Translations under genes and position numbers: made by a program
In this document: positions 26,801 to 49,696 of the stretch, piece after piece
Layout: each line of letters opens with the position of its first letter
Position numbering within the stretch: the stretch's first letter is position 1
Assembly (NCBI GenBank): GCA_020137815.1
Contig: CM035356.1
Location: forward strand, 2,356,001-2,420,000
DNA from: Hormiphora californensis
Taxonomy: Eukaryota; Animalia; Ctenophora
Direction: 5' to 3'
DNA length: 64,000 bases
The notes under the pieces: generated by a model
Seen by the model: only the letters and a program-made list of their open reading frames with translations
What the model was told of the DNA's origin: nothing
Databases searched by the model: none

Positions 26801-29800
26801 CGTCTTCCACATTGTCTATGTTATACTCCTTTTTTCCAACTGTTCACCCCCAAAGTCGTGCACGGAATCGTTTTGCATGTCTGTCACATGATAACGTGTA
26901 AATTAAAATACCGCACGTGCACGAGTTAAAGCCTGAACAGTTGAATATTACTGGAGTAAACGATTTAACTCTGGTCCTCGATGTTGTAAACATCTATACA
27001 AGACAGACAACGATATAATGGTACTAAATCAAATAAATTGACAGAAGCTTTCGAGATCACTGTGTATCACGTCTTCATGTGTATCACGTCTTCAGCCGTT
27101 TCTAAAACTCCCCATATAGGGTATAAGGGGGCCACTTAGACTTGGGGCGGGAGCAGTCGGTCTACAATGAAAATGCTAAATAATTGCGCATACTGTATCA
27201 CAAGACTGCACATGTCAAAAACTCATGTAATGACCACTCCCAGTGCCACGAGAACAGATCAGCTGTCAGAGTACCATACGGACCCCGATTTAGGGGACCC
27301 CGCTTTGGAGACAACCGGATTTTAGGGACAGGATTTTTCCTTTGCCCAAAATTTTAGAATTTTTGTGGTAAATTTTTGGTGAATATTTTTTGTGAAATTT
27401 TGTCAAAAAGATTTCAGCAATGTCGAATGCGTGTTCGCAAGCGGTGCAATCTTATGCGCAAGCATCTGCTAATTAGACGGTTTCGGAACGAACCGATACG
27501 TGGATCCCCATGGCTGCCATGAATCAAATTTCACCAAGGTTCCATACGCGTCAAAATTTCGATCGAGGGGATCACGTTTCGATTTCGTTCCTCTCAATAC
27601 AGCAGGACATGCGATAAGACATGCACGATTCGAAACACGCATTCGTGACTTGGGCTGGTTATAACCTTTAAAAAATGTGTTAATAATTTTGTTGGCAAAT
27701 TTACAGTACATTGTCATATTCTTTGATCGGTGCTGACCATAGAATTTGTTAGAGAAAAAGGTTTATTTTGAAATTGTATACTCCTCCCACCCGGGCCCGC
27801 TTAGGGTGACCCCGATTGCGGTTATGGTAGCACTGTACGTCGTTTTGACCGCTAATTAGGACAGGTATATCCAGTAAGTTGCACCGATTCGAATAAACCG
27901 AGACGTGGCTGGTATGACTTACTAGATAATTTTCCACATTTTTTTGTAAATGAAAGTTTATTTTATATTGTTTTCTTTTTCTAATCGTAATGATCATTGT
28001 CTATCAATAATGAATATTGCTTCTATAACAGTTGAGTTCTTTAGTCTTAATAATATAGCATTTTGGCAATAGAATAGTGTTTGTTGGTCAATAGGCTCAA
28101 CCCGGATTTATGCTGACACCTCGATTTAGTGGACAAGACCCTTTCCCCCGAGGGTGTCCCTAAATCGGGGTCCGACTGTACTTGAAAATATGTTTGATTT
28201 TGTGGATGAAAGAATACAAAGAAATGGCCTAACAACTGCTTTGATGTACTAAAGTTACTATTGCAGAAACGAGCACAAGATGGAAACAATTTTACAGCTC
28301 ACTTCAACAGCTTACCTTACTATCGTTAATTAAGCTCGCATATTTCAAGAAACTTTTAAATAAGAAACTTTTTTTTCTAGGAAACTACAGGTGTAAGCAA
28401 TCCAAAAACAAAAAGAATTTCTGTTCTTTGTGGTGTCTCTGAATTGTGTGATTTACATTTGAAAAGTTTCTTATAAAAACGTTTCTTACTAAAGCGTTTC
28501 TTAAAAAACGAGAGTAAGGTATAAAGCTGTCTTATAAAAATAAAATTGTTATTTTTTCCCTGCCGGGTGAATGCCGAAGGCATTCCAACCGGATGCCTTT
28601 TTACTTTGATAAAAAGGCCATGCAGGGTTAGAATTCGAAAACGACCATTTGGTATCTAACTAAAGCGGTAGAGGGACCATTTTGTGTCCACTTTCGTTGC
28701 GACGGCAACCTCCGCGGCGCGCACGATCTCAACACTTGCGGAGTAACATGCGCGTGCACAAAACCAATTGAAATTTTTATGGAGGGGCGCGGCTATAAAC
28801 TGGTAACGTGCTACAAAATTTGTTTTATAATCGGCCGCACGTTTTGATTGATGAAATTATGGAGAAATTGAAAAAATCTGTTCTGCGTTTTGTTCAAAAT
28901 TTCGAAAAACCAAATCCACCATTTGCGGACAGCTTACTCGGTGGGCGCAGTTGAATGGCAAATCGAAGAGGGCAGGGAAACGTAGCATTATGGATACATA
29001 ATGCAAATAATTCTTGTTATAGCATTGAATTGGTCCTCAGTGACCCCTCGATCCTCCTGCTCTACAGCGTGTTCCACTCAATTATTTATGACCCAAGGCC
29101 AACCACAAGTTCTAGAACACACAACAGACTAGTTATATATCTGTATTTTTCAAAATTGGTAGCCGTATCTACTGCCCGCCTCCCCCCTTTGATTTGGACA
29201 AAATAAATCACCACCATCACCACCACCCCTTTCTCAGGTTGAGTTTCACCCCTCTCTCTTTCTCAGGTTGAGCTTGACTGGAACTGGACCCTTTTGAAGA
29301 ACAGATCCCATGTCGGCCGGATTAAACCACATAACATTAGGACTCACAGGAAACCAGTTGATTCAGTGAGGTACTAAGGACCCCGTCCATCACGTACTAC
29401 AAGGCAGGGGAAGTGTCGAGACTGACCCACCCAACCCGCCCCTAAACCTGATTACCTTATATTGACAGGTTATCTGATTATGGGGTTTGGATAGGATAGG
29501 AACATAATATAACGGATTTTGGGAACAAAAAGATTCAGATTTTTTAATCACAATGATGTGTAGTAACTTGTTTCGCTTTGTACCACCTTATACCAGGACA
29601 CCTATGAAAGAGCGAAGTTCCTTGAGTACCAAGATATGCATGGCGCTGCCTGGTGTCAAGTTCTGGCTAAAAACACTTGACGTTGGTAAGTCCTCCTCCT
29701 TTTCATCCAACTTCTCAAAACAAGCACTACAACTGCTCCAGATATACCTAGGGATAATAATAAGAGAAATACCAAGTTTTACTTGGTTGAGAGTTATACT

Positions 29801-30080
29801 CCTTGTCCCTTGGAGCGTTTGAACATATTTATACCTTTTTAAATTGCATAGTTTGTATCGCAGCAAACAAACACACTTCTGTGAGTGTCCCCATTCCCAC
29901 TTCATCTGTCTCCATCTCCCGAGTGAGACCGGTTGATACTACATCGCCCATCTGCCTGTCATTTCTAGAGGTTATAGACTACCATACAATGTAATCCCCA
30001 TGGAGTGTGGGGCACAATTTGATGTAGATAGCCATCTCCTAACAATTGCACTCATGGTGACAGAGGAGACGGCTCAGTGA
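23810..30080 (+). CDS. PIH1D1: PIH1 domain-containing protein 1 (R2TP co-chaperone), multi-exon with a roughly 4.3-kb intron
   Basis: VAPKPSFCIKTK...CFLNIC; YRIPMSIG; VDKKGAGCTVYDIVIN; exon at 29267 VELDWNWTLLKNRSHVGRIKPHNIRTHRKP; CS-domain exons at 29570-30080 ending ALMVTEETAQ*. Some motifs are read from the better arm. Alternative ATG at 23888. Confidence 0.8.
26645..26721. mobile_element. Short member of the TA-CAGTCGGACC element family (mirror about 13265-13339)
   Basis: TACAGTCGGACCTCTGATTT ... AAATCAGGGGGTCC. Confidence 0.5.
27276..28180. mobile_element. Non-autonomous Tc1/mariner-pogo-like element in a PIH1D1 intron
   Basis: Ends CCCTAAATCGGGGTCCGACTG-TA at 28180; matching GGACCCCGATTTAGGGG near 27280. 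Confidence 0.65.
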
Positions 30081-30099
30081 GGGGAGTCACACCCCCTTC

Positions 30100-31958
30100 C
30101 CCGGCTACTGGTCTAACGGTCCCTCTTGAAGAGTGCATCAGCCGGTGCTGTGTGGGACATTTGGCACACTTTTCAGATCTGTTTATGTTGTAACGCGCGA
30201 GGTCAGTCATGTTGAAGGCGTGACGTCAACGTGCGTATCAGAGGGAGCGCGCGGTAATTTTACCGGGTGTCTCGAAAATCTGGACCTGGTCAACGGTGTG
30301 ACTTGGGCACAGGGCAGAGTGTGCCCAAGCTGGTGTGCCCGGTTTAAAACCGGTGGTTTACCTTTCCCTTTTTGAAATATGTGTATAAAGTTTATTATTT
30401 GTCAGAGTCTAAGTTTGTAAATAAATCTTACATTGTTTTATTTGATCTCCACCACCTACCTTATCCAACTCCCAACTTCCCTGATCAGTGGGTGATTTAT
30501 TCCCTCAATTTGAATCTATTTTAGCAGCAATGTTAAGCCGAACTCCCAAGCCACACGCCTGTCAGCAGCTTATCGTTAGGTCTCGCTCTCCGAGAAAGGA
30601 AAACACGTAATTTTATATTAATGAGTATCAAATAGCAAATAGAAACGTAATCTTCAGATACATAGATCTAGGTTTCGACAAAAACATGTAGTTAGCAGTT
30701 GTAATATTGTCTTCATTTTAAAGATTTATAGCATTTATCGGTCTATTGCAGCTGAAGTGTTCCTGTCCCTATCTTGTCCCCATCTTCAATCCAGACTAAT
30801 CCTGTGTAATGGGCATGGTTCCATATCATTGTATAGACTGTAGATCAATGTGGCACATTCCGATATGTTTCATGCACTGTAATTACTGCATTCAAAGGTT
30901 CCATGCAACTCATTCCTCATTCAATTAATAGCCATGCTAATTAGACCTCAACTGATTTCATTCAACTAATAGCCATGCTAACTAGACCTCCCTGATTGGG
31001 CGGCTCACGTACACTGGATACGGGGCTGGGGTAACCCTGTTCTTCCCAATCTCCTTCGTGTGCTGATCTATTGCTGAGAAACTCGTTCCTATCTTCTCCC
31101 TCAAGTCTACGTTTGCAGTCAGATAGCTGAGCGGCTCCGCAATACCTGCAAATAATTAGGGTTCTTTCAGATTCACTGTTCATGAAAACGGTATACAAAC
31201 AGTACCGGTACTGATTATGGTATTGGTACTTGTCAGTTGAGAAATCCATCATCTATATTAGTAATCCAGTATACACCAACCTTACCTGATATGTAAACAA
31301 GAAAGAAGACAAAAGCAAAGAAGTATCGGAGATCCCGGAGTGTCAGATCACAGAAGTTCAATAACATGGACCCGTCCAGGAGCCACATTCCAGCAAAATG
31401 GACCAGGAAGAACACAGAGTGGCAGATGAAGTAGGCACAGATAGAATGGTCATGGTAAACACACCCCACATCTCATCACGCCATTTGAACACCTGGAATT
31501 AGGGGGGGGGGGCTATCAATATCATAGACGACGGTTGTAACCCTCCTTTGTACCGTGCAGGGTACGATGAGACAGGGTCGAGCAAGGCTAGGGACATTCT
31601 AGGAGATTAGTTGATTGCTATTTCCCACATATCCAATCGCCAAAGAAAAGTATTTTTTTTAAGTGGACTATTACTTCTTTTGAAATCTATCTAGGTTGAC
31701 TCTGCCTGGTTACCCTTCATGGTATTGTCATCGCTGCAATGAGACCCGAGCGCACCGTGATGATCGCAGCTAAGAACGAGGTTATGTGACAGGGGACTGT
31801 GAATAGTAGAGTCCAGTGTGCGTGGTAGTAGTCGTAAAGGGCTGAGTTATAACTGAGTGATGAAGTTATTGGACCTATATTTCTGTCGGGTGTATTGGGT
31901 TTCTCTTCTCATGTCTCTCTCGTTCTTCTCTTCTCGTATTCTCTCTCTCGTCTCTCTC

Positions 31959-31989
<31 letters not shown>

Positions 31990-32050
31990 TCTCTCTCTAC
32001 TCGCCTCTCGCCCTCTCTATTCTCACTCTCTCTCTCTCCTCTCTTCCCGA

Positions 32051-32098
<48 letters not shown>

Positions 32099-33080
32099 TG
32101 CTCTCTCTCTCTCTCTCTCTCTCACCTCTCCTCTTCTCTCTACTTACGTGGGGTGGAGAGGTTGAGGAGTCGGCGACGCTCATTAGTGGCTAATCCAGGA
32201 TGGCCTGTATTAGTACGTCCTCGCATTGGTTACATGGTTACCAACACAATCATAGTTGCTTGGTTTGTACCATGGTTACACAACAATCACGCCAACGTCC
32301 TAAGCGGTGGTACCCGCATGGCAATCAAATCATAAATTCTCTAATCTGTAAAACACACTACATGAATGGTAAGTGGCCTGTAAGCTCCGGCACCCAACTA
32401 CTCCCAGAACCACTCTACTAGTCCACCAGAGTCTCCCTCCCTGTCGGAGTCTGTGCAACGAACACTGTATTTCCCAGTCACCGCCATGCAAACGCATCAG
32501 GGGTGATCTTGGTTTGGCACGGACACGATAAACAACATGCCCAGGGTGTTGGCCACAAAATGTGTACCTGACGATAGGGGAATGAGATAGGGAAAATCAA
32601 AAGTAACGCTTTATCTGAATTGTGTACTACAATTTGCCGTCTATCAATATCATTTGTCTGTGTGGGATAGGTTTCAACTATGATCATTTCACTAATTAAT
32701 TGCGATCTCATTTCAGGTGCTCCCCCAAAAGGTGCCGACAAGAACCCACACACAGACCCAGTACCTTGGACCAGTCGAAACTAAACAAAACAGGTATGTG
32801 TGTTTATTTAGCTTACAAAGGGGCATCAATAATATTTAGGGTTTTTATTTTATGCGTCAATTCAAACTCTCAAGTGACGCAGGTTAAAGCGACGGTGGGG
32901 GAGAGCATATCATCAGATAAGAGCCGACAAATATTAAATATGATGGTAGGGGAAGTAGTAGAGGAAGTATGTGATTCTATAACTATGGGTTGTTAATCGA
33001 TCGCAGAACTACATCCTGTACTACACAGCAATGGGAGGAGTGCACTGCTGAGAAAGACACACTATTACACATCATTTTAT
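30100..33080 (-). CDS. GPCR-like gene, copy C (right arm; lacks about 1.4 kb near 32840)
   Basis: Reverse complement of copy B. It jumps from the sequence matching about 6230 to that matching about 4770. Confidence 0.45.
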
Positions 33081-33230
33081 AAGGCACGTGGCCCTGACAA
33101 ATCCCACTCAATCAAGCCGCAGTTTAGACAGAGAGAGAGATAGAGAGAGAGAGAGGAAGAGGGAGGGAGGGAAAATATAGAAGGTCGGAGAGATTTTTAA
33201 TTTTATGCATTTCAAATGATGAACTGAAGC

Positions 33231-33373
33231 CGGATTTTTTGAAGTTGTCACCCCCCTTTTCGTGCGCGGAATGTTTTTGCCCGTCACATCACATGTTAAC
33301 GTGTGGTGTGTGCGTCAAAATTGATAAATTTCACATGCACGGTCATTTTGGGGTGACAACTTCAAAAAATCCG
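33231..33373. mobile_element. 143-bp MITE with 24-bp TIRs
   Basis: CGGATTTTTTGAAGTTGTCACCCC ... GGGGTGACAACTTCAAAAAATCCG. Confidence 0.8.
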
Positions 33374-34189
33374 ACTTTATGCGAATTTCTAGATGTGAAG
33401 GCTGAAGAATTTATGTTTCAAGTCAGAAGCATCATTGGCATGTGAAGTTGGAAGGACAATTAAAAAAAAAAAAATTCTTTCTTTTCCCTTTTTCCCCTTT
33501 TTCTTCTTTTTTTCTCCCTTCTCTTTCTTCCCTTTCTTCTCTCTCTCTCTCTCAAAACCCACATGCGGGGCAACATCGGCCCATTTTGGCCCACCTCATC
33601 ACATGCAGTTCAACATTGTGTGTTCGATGTAGAGAATTATTGACGCTGCAATTGAACCAGATATCAAGGAAGAGAGAGATAATATCAAGGAAGAGAGAGT
33701 TGATAGATGTTATACTTGATAATATCAGTGGTTGGTGGAATCAATATATTAGATCAGCTGTATGATAACATAACCAATGGCTTTTCACTAAAATGATATC
33801 TGATAGATGCCAGAATGATAGAATCTGATAACTCATTACACAATGCATATCAGTAGCAAAGTAAAACGAACGAAATGAGGGCCTGTCCTAATACGACCGT
33901 TTTACAAGCTACGTATGAAGATGAAGAGTTTTGAGAGAAAGGGTGGGAGAGAGTGAGAGAGAGAGAGAGATAGAGAGAGAGAGAGAAAGAGAGAGATAGA
34001 TAGAAATAGTCTAAGGGAACTGCGTGCTGATCGTGACATGCAAAGCTTTACAAAAACTCCCAAGCATGACGCCCCTAGACCTGACCTGAGAACTGTATCA
34101 GATACATTATATGTCTGCTAGATCCCGGTGACATTAGTTTCATCGACCTCTCTAGCTTCTCTTTCTCTATCTCTCCCCCTCTATCTCCC

Positions 34190-42260
<8,071 letters not shown>

Positions 42261-44625
42261 CATCATTGTGCAGAGTGACCGCTCCAGTAAACTTTTGAAA
42301 TGTTAATTTATTCGAGTTTGAAGATTTAATTTTCTATAATAGAGAACTGAGCTGTTTTTATGTCTCAAAGTCATATTATTTGGAAGACCAAAAATTTTTA
42401 GCCACACTGTTGCATTTTTGGTACGCGCAAATGAGACGCCGCGCGTAAATCATGATTTTACGCCGCGCCGCGCGAGCTTAATTTAAAAAGCAAAAAATCC
42501 GTTCAAGCAAATAAAATCTTAAAATCGAAAACACAAACACACAAAACTAAAAAATCTGGCTTTCTTTCTTGCGAATCGAGGAACAGATTGTTATTCCGTT
42601 GGGAAATAGGGTTATCGGGTAGTGTAATCGATTATCTATCTCAGTGGTGCCTCGTCACATTGGCCGCCCGCAGAAAGATTTGTATATCGCGTGGTAATCG
42701 ACGTCCAAGACTCTAGACTCAGTCCGTCAACATTGATTGCTTGCCTTCTCGATACATGTTGTCCAGTTTAGGTCTGAGCTAGTAAGTACTCCCAAGTCCT
42801 TCTCAGCACTTACTTCCGGTAGTTGGCAACCATTCATGAAGTAGGCATTTTTCGGGTTGTCTTTACCAATGTGCAACACCTTGCATTTCCCATCATTCAC
42901 ATTGAAACGAAGGAGCCAGTCCTGTTCCCACTTGTTCAGCTTGTCGATGTCCTCTTGTTCATACAAATCTTGGAGCTCAGGCCGCCCGAGACAGTCGGTG
43001 GTTACAAGTCAAATAAAGTTGCGTTACTGTAACGCAACTTTATTTGACTTGTAACCACCGACTGTCTCGGGCGGCCTCTGTAACAGATGTCGGTAAAATA
43101 GGATAAAATAATATTCTAACAACTTCCCCTTCCTCGTAGAGACTAAAAGATGAGATTGCAACGGAATCACTGCCCTGTAATCAGTCAGATATCAACTGGG
43201 AGAAGATGTCCGAACAGGTAATGTATTAAATACAGTGTATGTACAGTGTGTATTACATCTTCGGACATCATCTGTATGTATTTAATACACACCTGATAAA
43301 TAATATTGCTTCACGCCCTCTTCAAGGTGTGCCTTAACTGACAGGTCCCATGGTGCAGCTCTATTTATAGATGTTATAATTCCTTTCCTCCTCAGTTTAA
43401 CGTCCATCTCGATGTTGGATCTGATAGTGTGAGGGTGACAGGAGAACATGAAATTGTTAAGGAGTTTGGGGTGTTTCTTGCCAAGAGGGAGACAGCAAGA
43501 CGGAAAACTCAAACGAACTGACATCATTGTGCAGAGTGACCGCTCCAGTAAACTTTTGAAATGTTAATTTATTCGAGTTTGAAGATTTAATTTTCTATAA
43601 TAGAGAACTGAGCTGTTTTTATGTCTCAAAGTCATATTATTTGGAAGACCAAAAATTTTTAGCCACACTGTTGCATTTTTGGTACGCGCAAATGAGACGC
43701 CGCGCGTAAATCATGATTTTACGCCGCGCCGCGCGAGCTTAATTTAAAAAGCAAAAAATCCGTTCAAGCAAATAAAATCTTAAAATCGAAAACACAAACA
43801 CACAAAACTAAAAAATCTGGCTTTCTTTCTTGCGAATCGAGGAACAGATTGTTATTCCGTTGGGAAATAGGGTTATCGGGTAGTGTAATCGATTATCTAT
43901 CTCAGTGGTGCCTCGTCACATTGGCCGCCCGCAGAAAGATTTGTATATCGCGTGGTAATCGACGTCCAAGACTCTAGACTCAGTCCGTCAACATTGATTG
44001 CTTTTTAATTTTCTCGTGTCTTGGACCTCGTCACACGTAGACCATGTGCGGGAAGAAAATTTACGGAGCACCACAATCAGATACCGTTTCATTTACTCCT
44101 AAAGTGATCCGTTGTAAAGTCCAGATTCTGAACATTTAGATGTTCAGAAGGTAACAGGTGCTAAACCAGGCACATGATGAGAAGACAGTAATAGTATCAG
44201 GAGACACACCGACGCGAGATCACTGCTCTTGCACGGGTGATCTCCATGTGAGCGGAGACAGGACAGTATTACGCATGGAGATCATATCTGTGTTGTCACT
44301 TGTCTACACTCTACAGCTTTGGATACTGCTGCAGTTGTCTCAGATCTGTAAACTATTACCCAGATAAGCACACCTTCAACTAGCGTTTATTTTGTTTTGA
44401 ATATGTTTAATCAATCTTAACAAATCCCAGTATCGAAACTGTTGCCCAAAGTTTTGGAGGATAGGGAATAGTTCTCCTTTATCTATATCTTAATGCTAAA
44501 AACTCAACTTGACCTGCTTACTAAACATCTGTCCAACCGTTGTTATGTTCTAACCCTCCTATACGATTAAAAAGTGGGTCGATCAAGGCAATCTAACCGT
44601 TGTACTGTGATTTGATCAATCTTAA

Positions 44626-46706
<2,081 letters not shown>

Positions 46707-47313
46707 ACAAGCAACAGATCGAGAGGGACATATATTAGTGGGACTGAAGTGAGAGAGAGTGAGAAAAAGAGAGATGAAAGGATAGAGAGAGAGGGTGGAG
46801 ATATATAGTGTGCTGGTCTCACACAAACAAACTCTTTTCTTTTTTTTCTTCGTTGGACGGTGTGTAAATATCTCAAGTTTTCCTTCTTTTTTTTCCTCGG
46901 GTGGTCAGAAACGCATGTGTGGTTTTGAGGGGAGAAAAGAGGAAGACAGAGTAGAAATATTATTATGATGTCTGTCAATATGTATTGTCAATGGTTAAAA
47001 CATTGAATAATTGTATTTGTATTCTATTCGTTATATTAAGATTTAATGTTTGTGAGAGATTAATCCCGTCTCTACTCCCTTACTCCCTGGCTTTATGATA
47101 TCCCTTATCCCATGTTGCCTCGATATCTATCTCCCAAGTTATCGGTCATTTCCCGAATGAATTAGGGCACAAGTTTTCCGAATGTTTCCTGCATGATTTT
47201 ATCCCTTCTCCATAAATGTGGTATACCAACAGGCAACAAGCCTATTCTTCCCTTGTCTAAACACCGACCCAAATAACTAACCTCACCTCTTCTCACTAGC
47301 AAGACCCCCCAAG

Positions 47314-47664
47314 ATGCCCAAGACAAAGAAGACCAAGAAGGTACAGAAGAAGTTTACCCTTGATTGCACACACCCCTCAGAGGACAGGATCCTCGATGCG
47401 GCAGATCTAGCAAACTATCTGAATGAGAAGATCAAGGTGGGAGGCAAGACCGGGAACCTGGGGTCATCCATCGCTGTCCAGAGGGAGGGAAACAAGGTGA
47501 ATATCCTGAGTGACATTGCATTCAGCAAGAGGTACCTCAAGTACCTGACCAAGAAGTACCTGAAGAAGCAGAACCTGCGAGATTGGCTGAGGGTGGTTGC
47601 GACAAATCCCACGACTTACGAGCTGAGGTACTTCCAGATTAACCAAGAGGATGATGAGGAATAA
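47314..47664 (+). CDS. RPL22: 60S ribosomal protein L22 (eL22), uninterrupted CDS
   Basis: [59 protein letters not shown]. Confidence 0.97.
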   Translation: MPKTKKTKKVQKKFTLDCTHPSEDRILDAADLANYLNEKIKVGGKTGNLGSSIAVQREGNKVNILSDIAFSKRYLKYLTKKYLKKQNLRDWLRVVATNPTTYELRYFQINQEDDEE

Positions 47665-48303
47665 CTTATTAATTTATTAGCAGCTCCTTTTTTAAGTCAT
47701 TTTACATAACCAAAAAACTATGGAACGTTTTTAATTTGTTTTCTCTGTGTTGTGGTGGTACAGCCGTTGCGTCCGTGGCAAAAAACCTTTGGAATGAACC
47801 ATGCTTGTGTTGGGGATGCGCGCGGTGACTGCGCGAAAAGTAAAGTATCCTATTGAAAGCAGTTCGAAGATTTTTACGCGCACTGCGCGTCATTCCGCGT
47901 TCCCTCATGTGAGATCCCTCTAGAATTGGCATGCCCGAGCACGCCCAGTGTACCACCACAACAATAATAGAATCTTCCCACGCCCTAACAAGAATAACTG
48001 CATTATGTTTTATAATGCTATGTTTCCCCGCCAACCTTTATTTTCATAACTATCTAATGTGAAGGCGGGACAGAAATTTTCGATCATTTATGAATCACTC
48101 AAACCGTATAGAACAAATCATTGTGTTTTAGTAGCACTAAATTGTGCGCCACATTGCGCGGCTCACATTTCCTGAAAACGTGCCATTGAAGTATTTGATG
48201 AAGGAGCAACACCGTTGTCCCTCGCAACTAATTGGGTTACGTCACGGGACAAAAAAAGCGTGACACTTCACTAGTATGTAAACTTGTCGAATTCTAAACC
48301 CCT

Positions 48304-48353
48304 ATGCCTTTTTGCAAAAGGCATCCGGGTGAATGCCTTCGGCATTCACCCGG
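48304..48353. repeat. Double hairpin; dispersed repeat terminus also seen at about 11378-11410 and 28563-28597
   Basis: ATGCCTTTT-tgc-AAAAGGCAT followed by CCGGGTGAATGCC-ttc-GGCATTCACCCGG. Confidence 0.75.
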
Positions 48354-49157
48354 GCGGGGAAAAAATAGGCTCCACCTGGATTCCGGAAAGACATAACAAA
48401 CAGCTGATATTACCAGTGGTTAAGAAAAGGGGGCTACAAAAACACACCTCTCCAATATACCACACACGTATTATAAACCGTATCAAGTCATCCCGTCTCA
48501 TCAATAATTCCCAAGAGAGGGAGCCCTGGTTAAATACATCCCTTACAAACTGGTTAAAATAACTTAGCCACATCATAAAACAATCATAATTCATGCAAAA
48601 CTGTCCGAATACAAATCAAAATACACATTGTCCAATTATATTTCAATCACACATCTGAATTTTGTAGTTTTTCATGTTTTTCGTTCGTTTGATTCTCGTC
48701 TTTAGAGCCACGGTAGCAACACTGTAAGAAAAGGAGGAAGTTAGAATTGCACATGTGTATTCTGTATTCTGTACGTGGTACACAGTCCACAACAAGTAGG
48801 TACGGTAGTTGTATGTATAACAATTGTACACAATAAACTTCCGTTGTTTTTAATTTGTACACAATAATACATATTTTAATGTGGGAAGGTGTTTCAATGC
48901 CCTTTCAATGGACTCACAATCACTGAACAAAAGAGGGGTCTGTCTGTAGCGTTTACCCCTTCTTTACACATCACATTTGAAGGGCCCGGGGGACCACCAA
49001 GAGGTATCTCGTTCTATGGTCGGAGTTGTTTTGTTCAAAGGGGGAGGGTCGAGCAAGGGAAGGTTGAGGTACTGTGAGGCCTATAACACAGCACAAGTCT
49101 TCACATGGGTACGGGAGGGGAAGAGATAGAAGCTATCATGGCATCTCAAGTTCTTTG

Positions 49158-49344
49158 TATCACGGTCGCTTGTAGTGGGAAAACGGTAATGGAAAACGAA
49201 GATACAGTAAGACGACGCGCAACCGTGGCCAATCAGGGCGCTAGTACGTGCTGACACATGAACTTTTTGCCGCACGTTATGCACCGTGCGCGTCTCCTTA
49301 CTGTATTTTGCGTTACCGTATTTTCACTGCAAGCAGCACTGTAT
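49158..49344. mobile_element. About 187-bp MITE, copy 1
   Basis: Near-identical to 57750-57936. Long imperfect TIRs (GCTTG.AGTG..AA.ACGGTAA..ATACAGTAAG..GACGCGCA); TA at both ends. Confidence 0.8.
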
Positions 49345-49696
49345 GTAAGAAAGAGAGTTCAATGGTTCTAGCAAGGAGCAGAGAGAGAGATGGATGGTGA
49401 GGAGTTGAGTCAACAAGCACATTTTACATTTTACAGTTACATTTCACAGTTCACGGAATCACGATTGTTTTACCCAAATGTGGGGGGAGGTACAACACCG
49501 ATGGGTCTGGGTTATAGGTAGAACTCATTTCCATCCTCACCCTATAGTTATACAGTCGGGTTTATAAATTGTGATTTAGTGCCGGGTTGTTTTGTTCGAG
49601 CAGCTGATCGAGCAAGGCAAGTCCCGGGTTAAGAATACAAATGGTGGTTGGATGTCGGTCACCCTCGACATCCAGCCACTATTCGATTTTCTGGGC

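Larger units (their letters stand above)
3035..33950. repeat. Giant inverted repeat (arms about 3035-20013 and 20024-33950)
   Basis: Apex CAAATGT-taaattctct-ACATTTG at 20007-20030. Genes are mirrored (THG1L 17176-17929 minus vs 22091-22848 plus). The first bases after the gap match the reverse complement of about 33850-33950. Confidence 0.95.
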
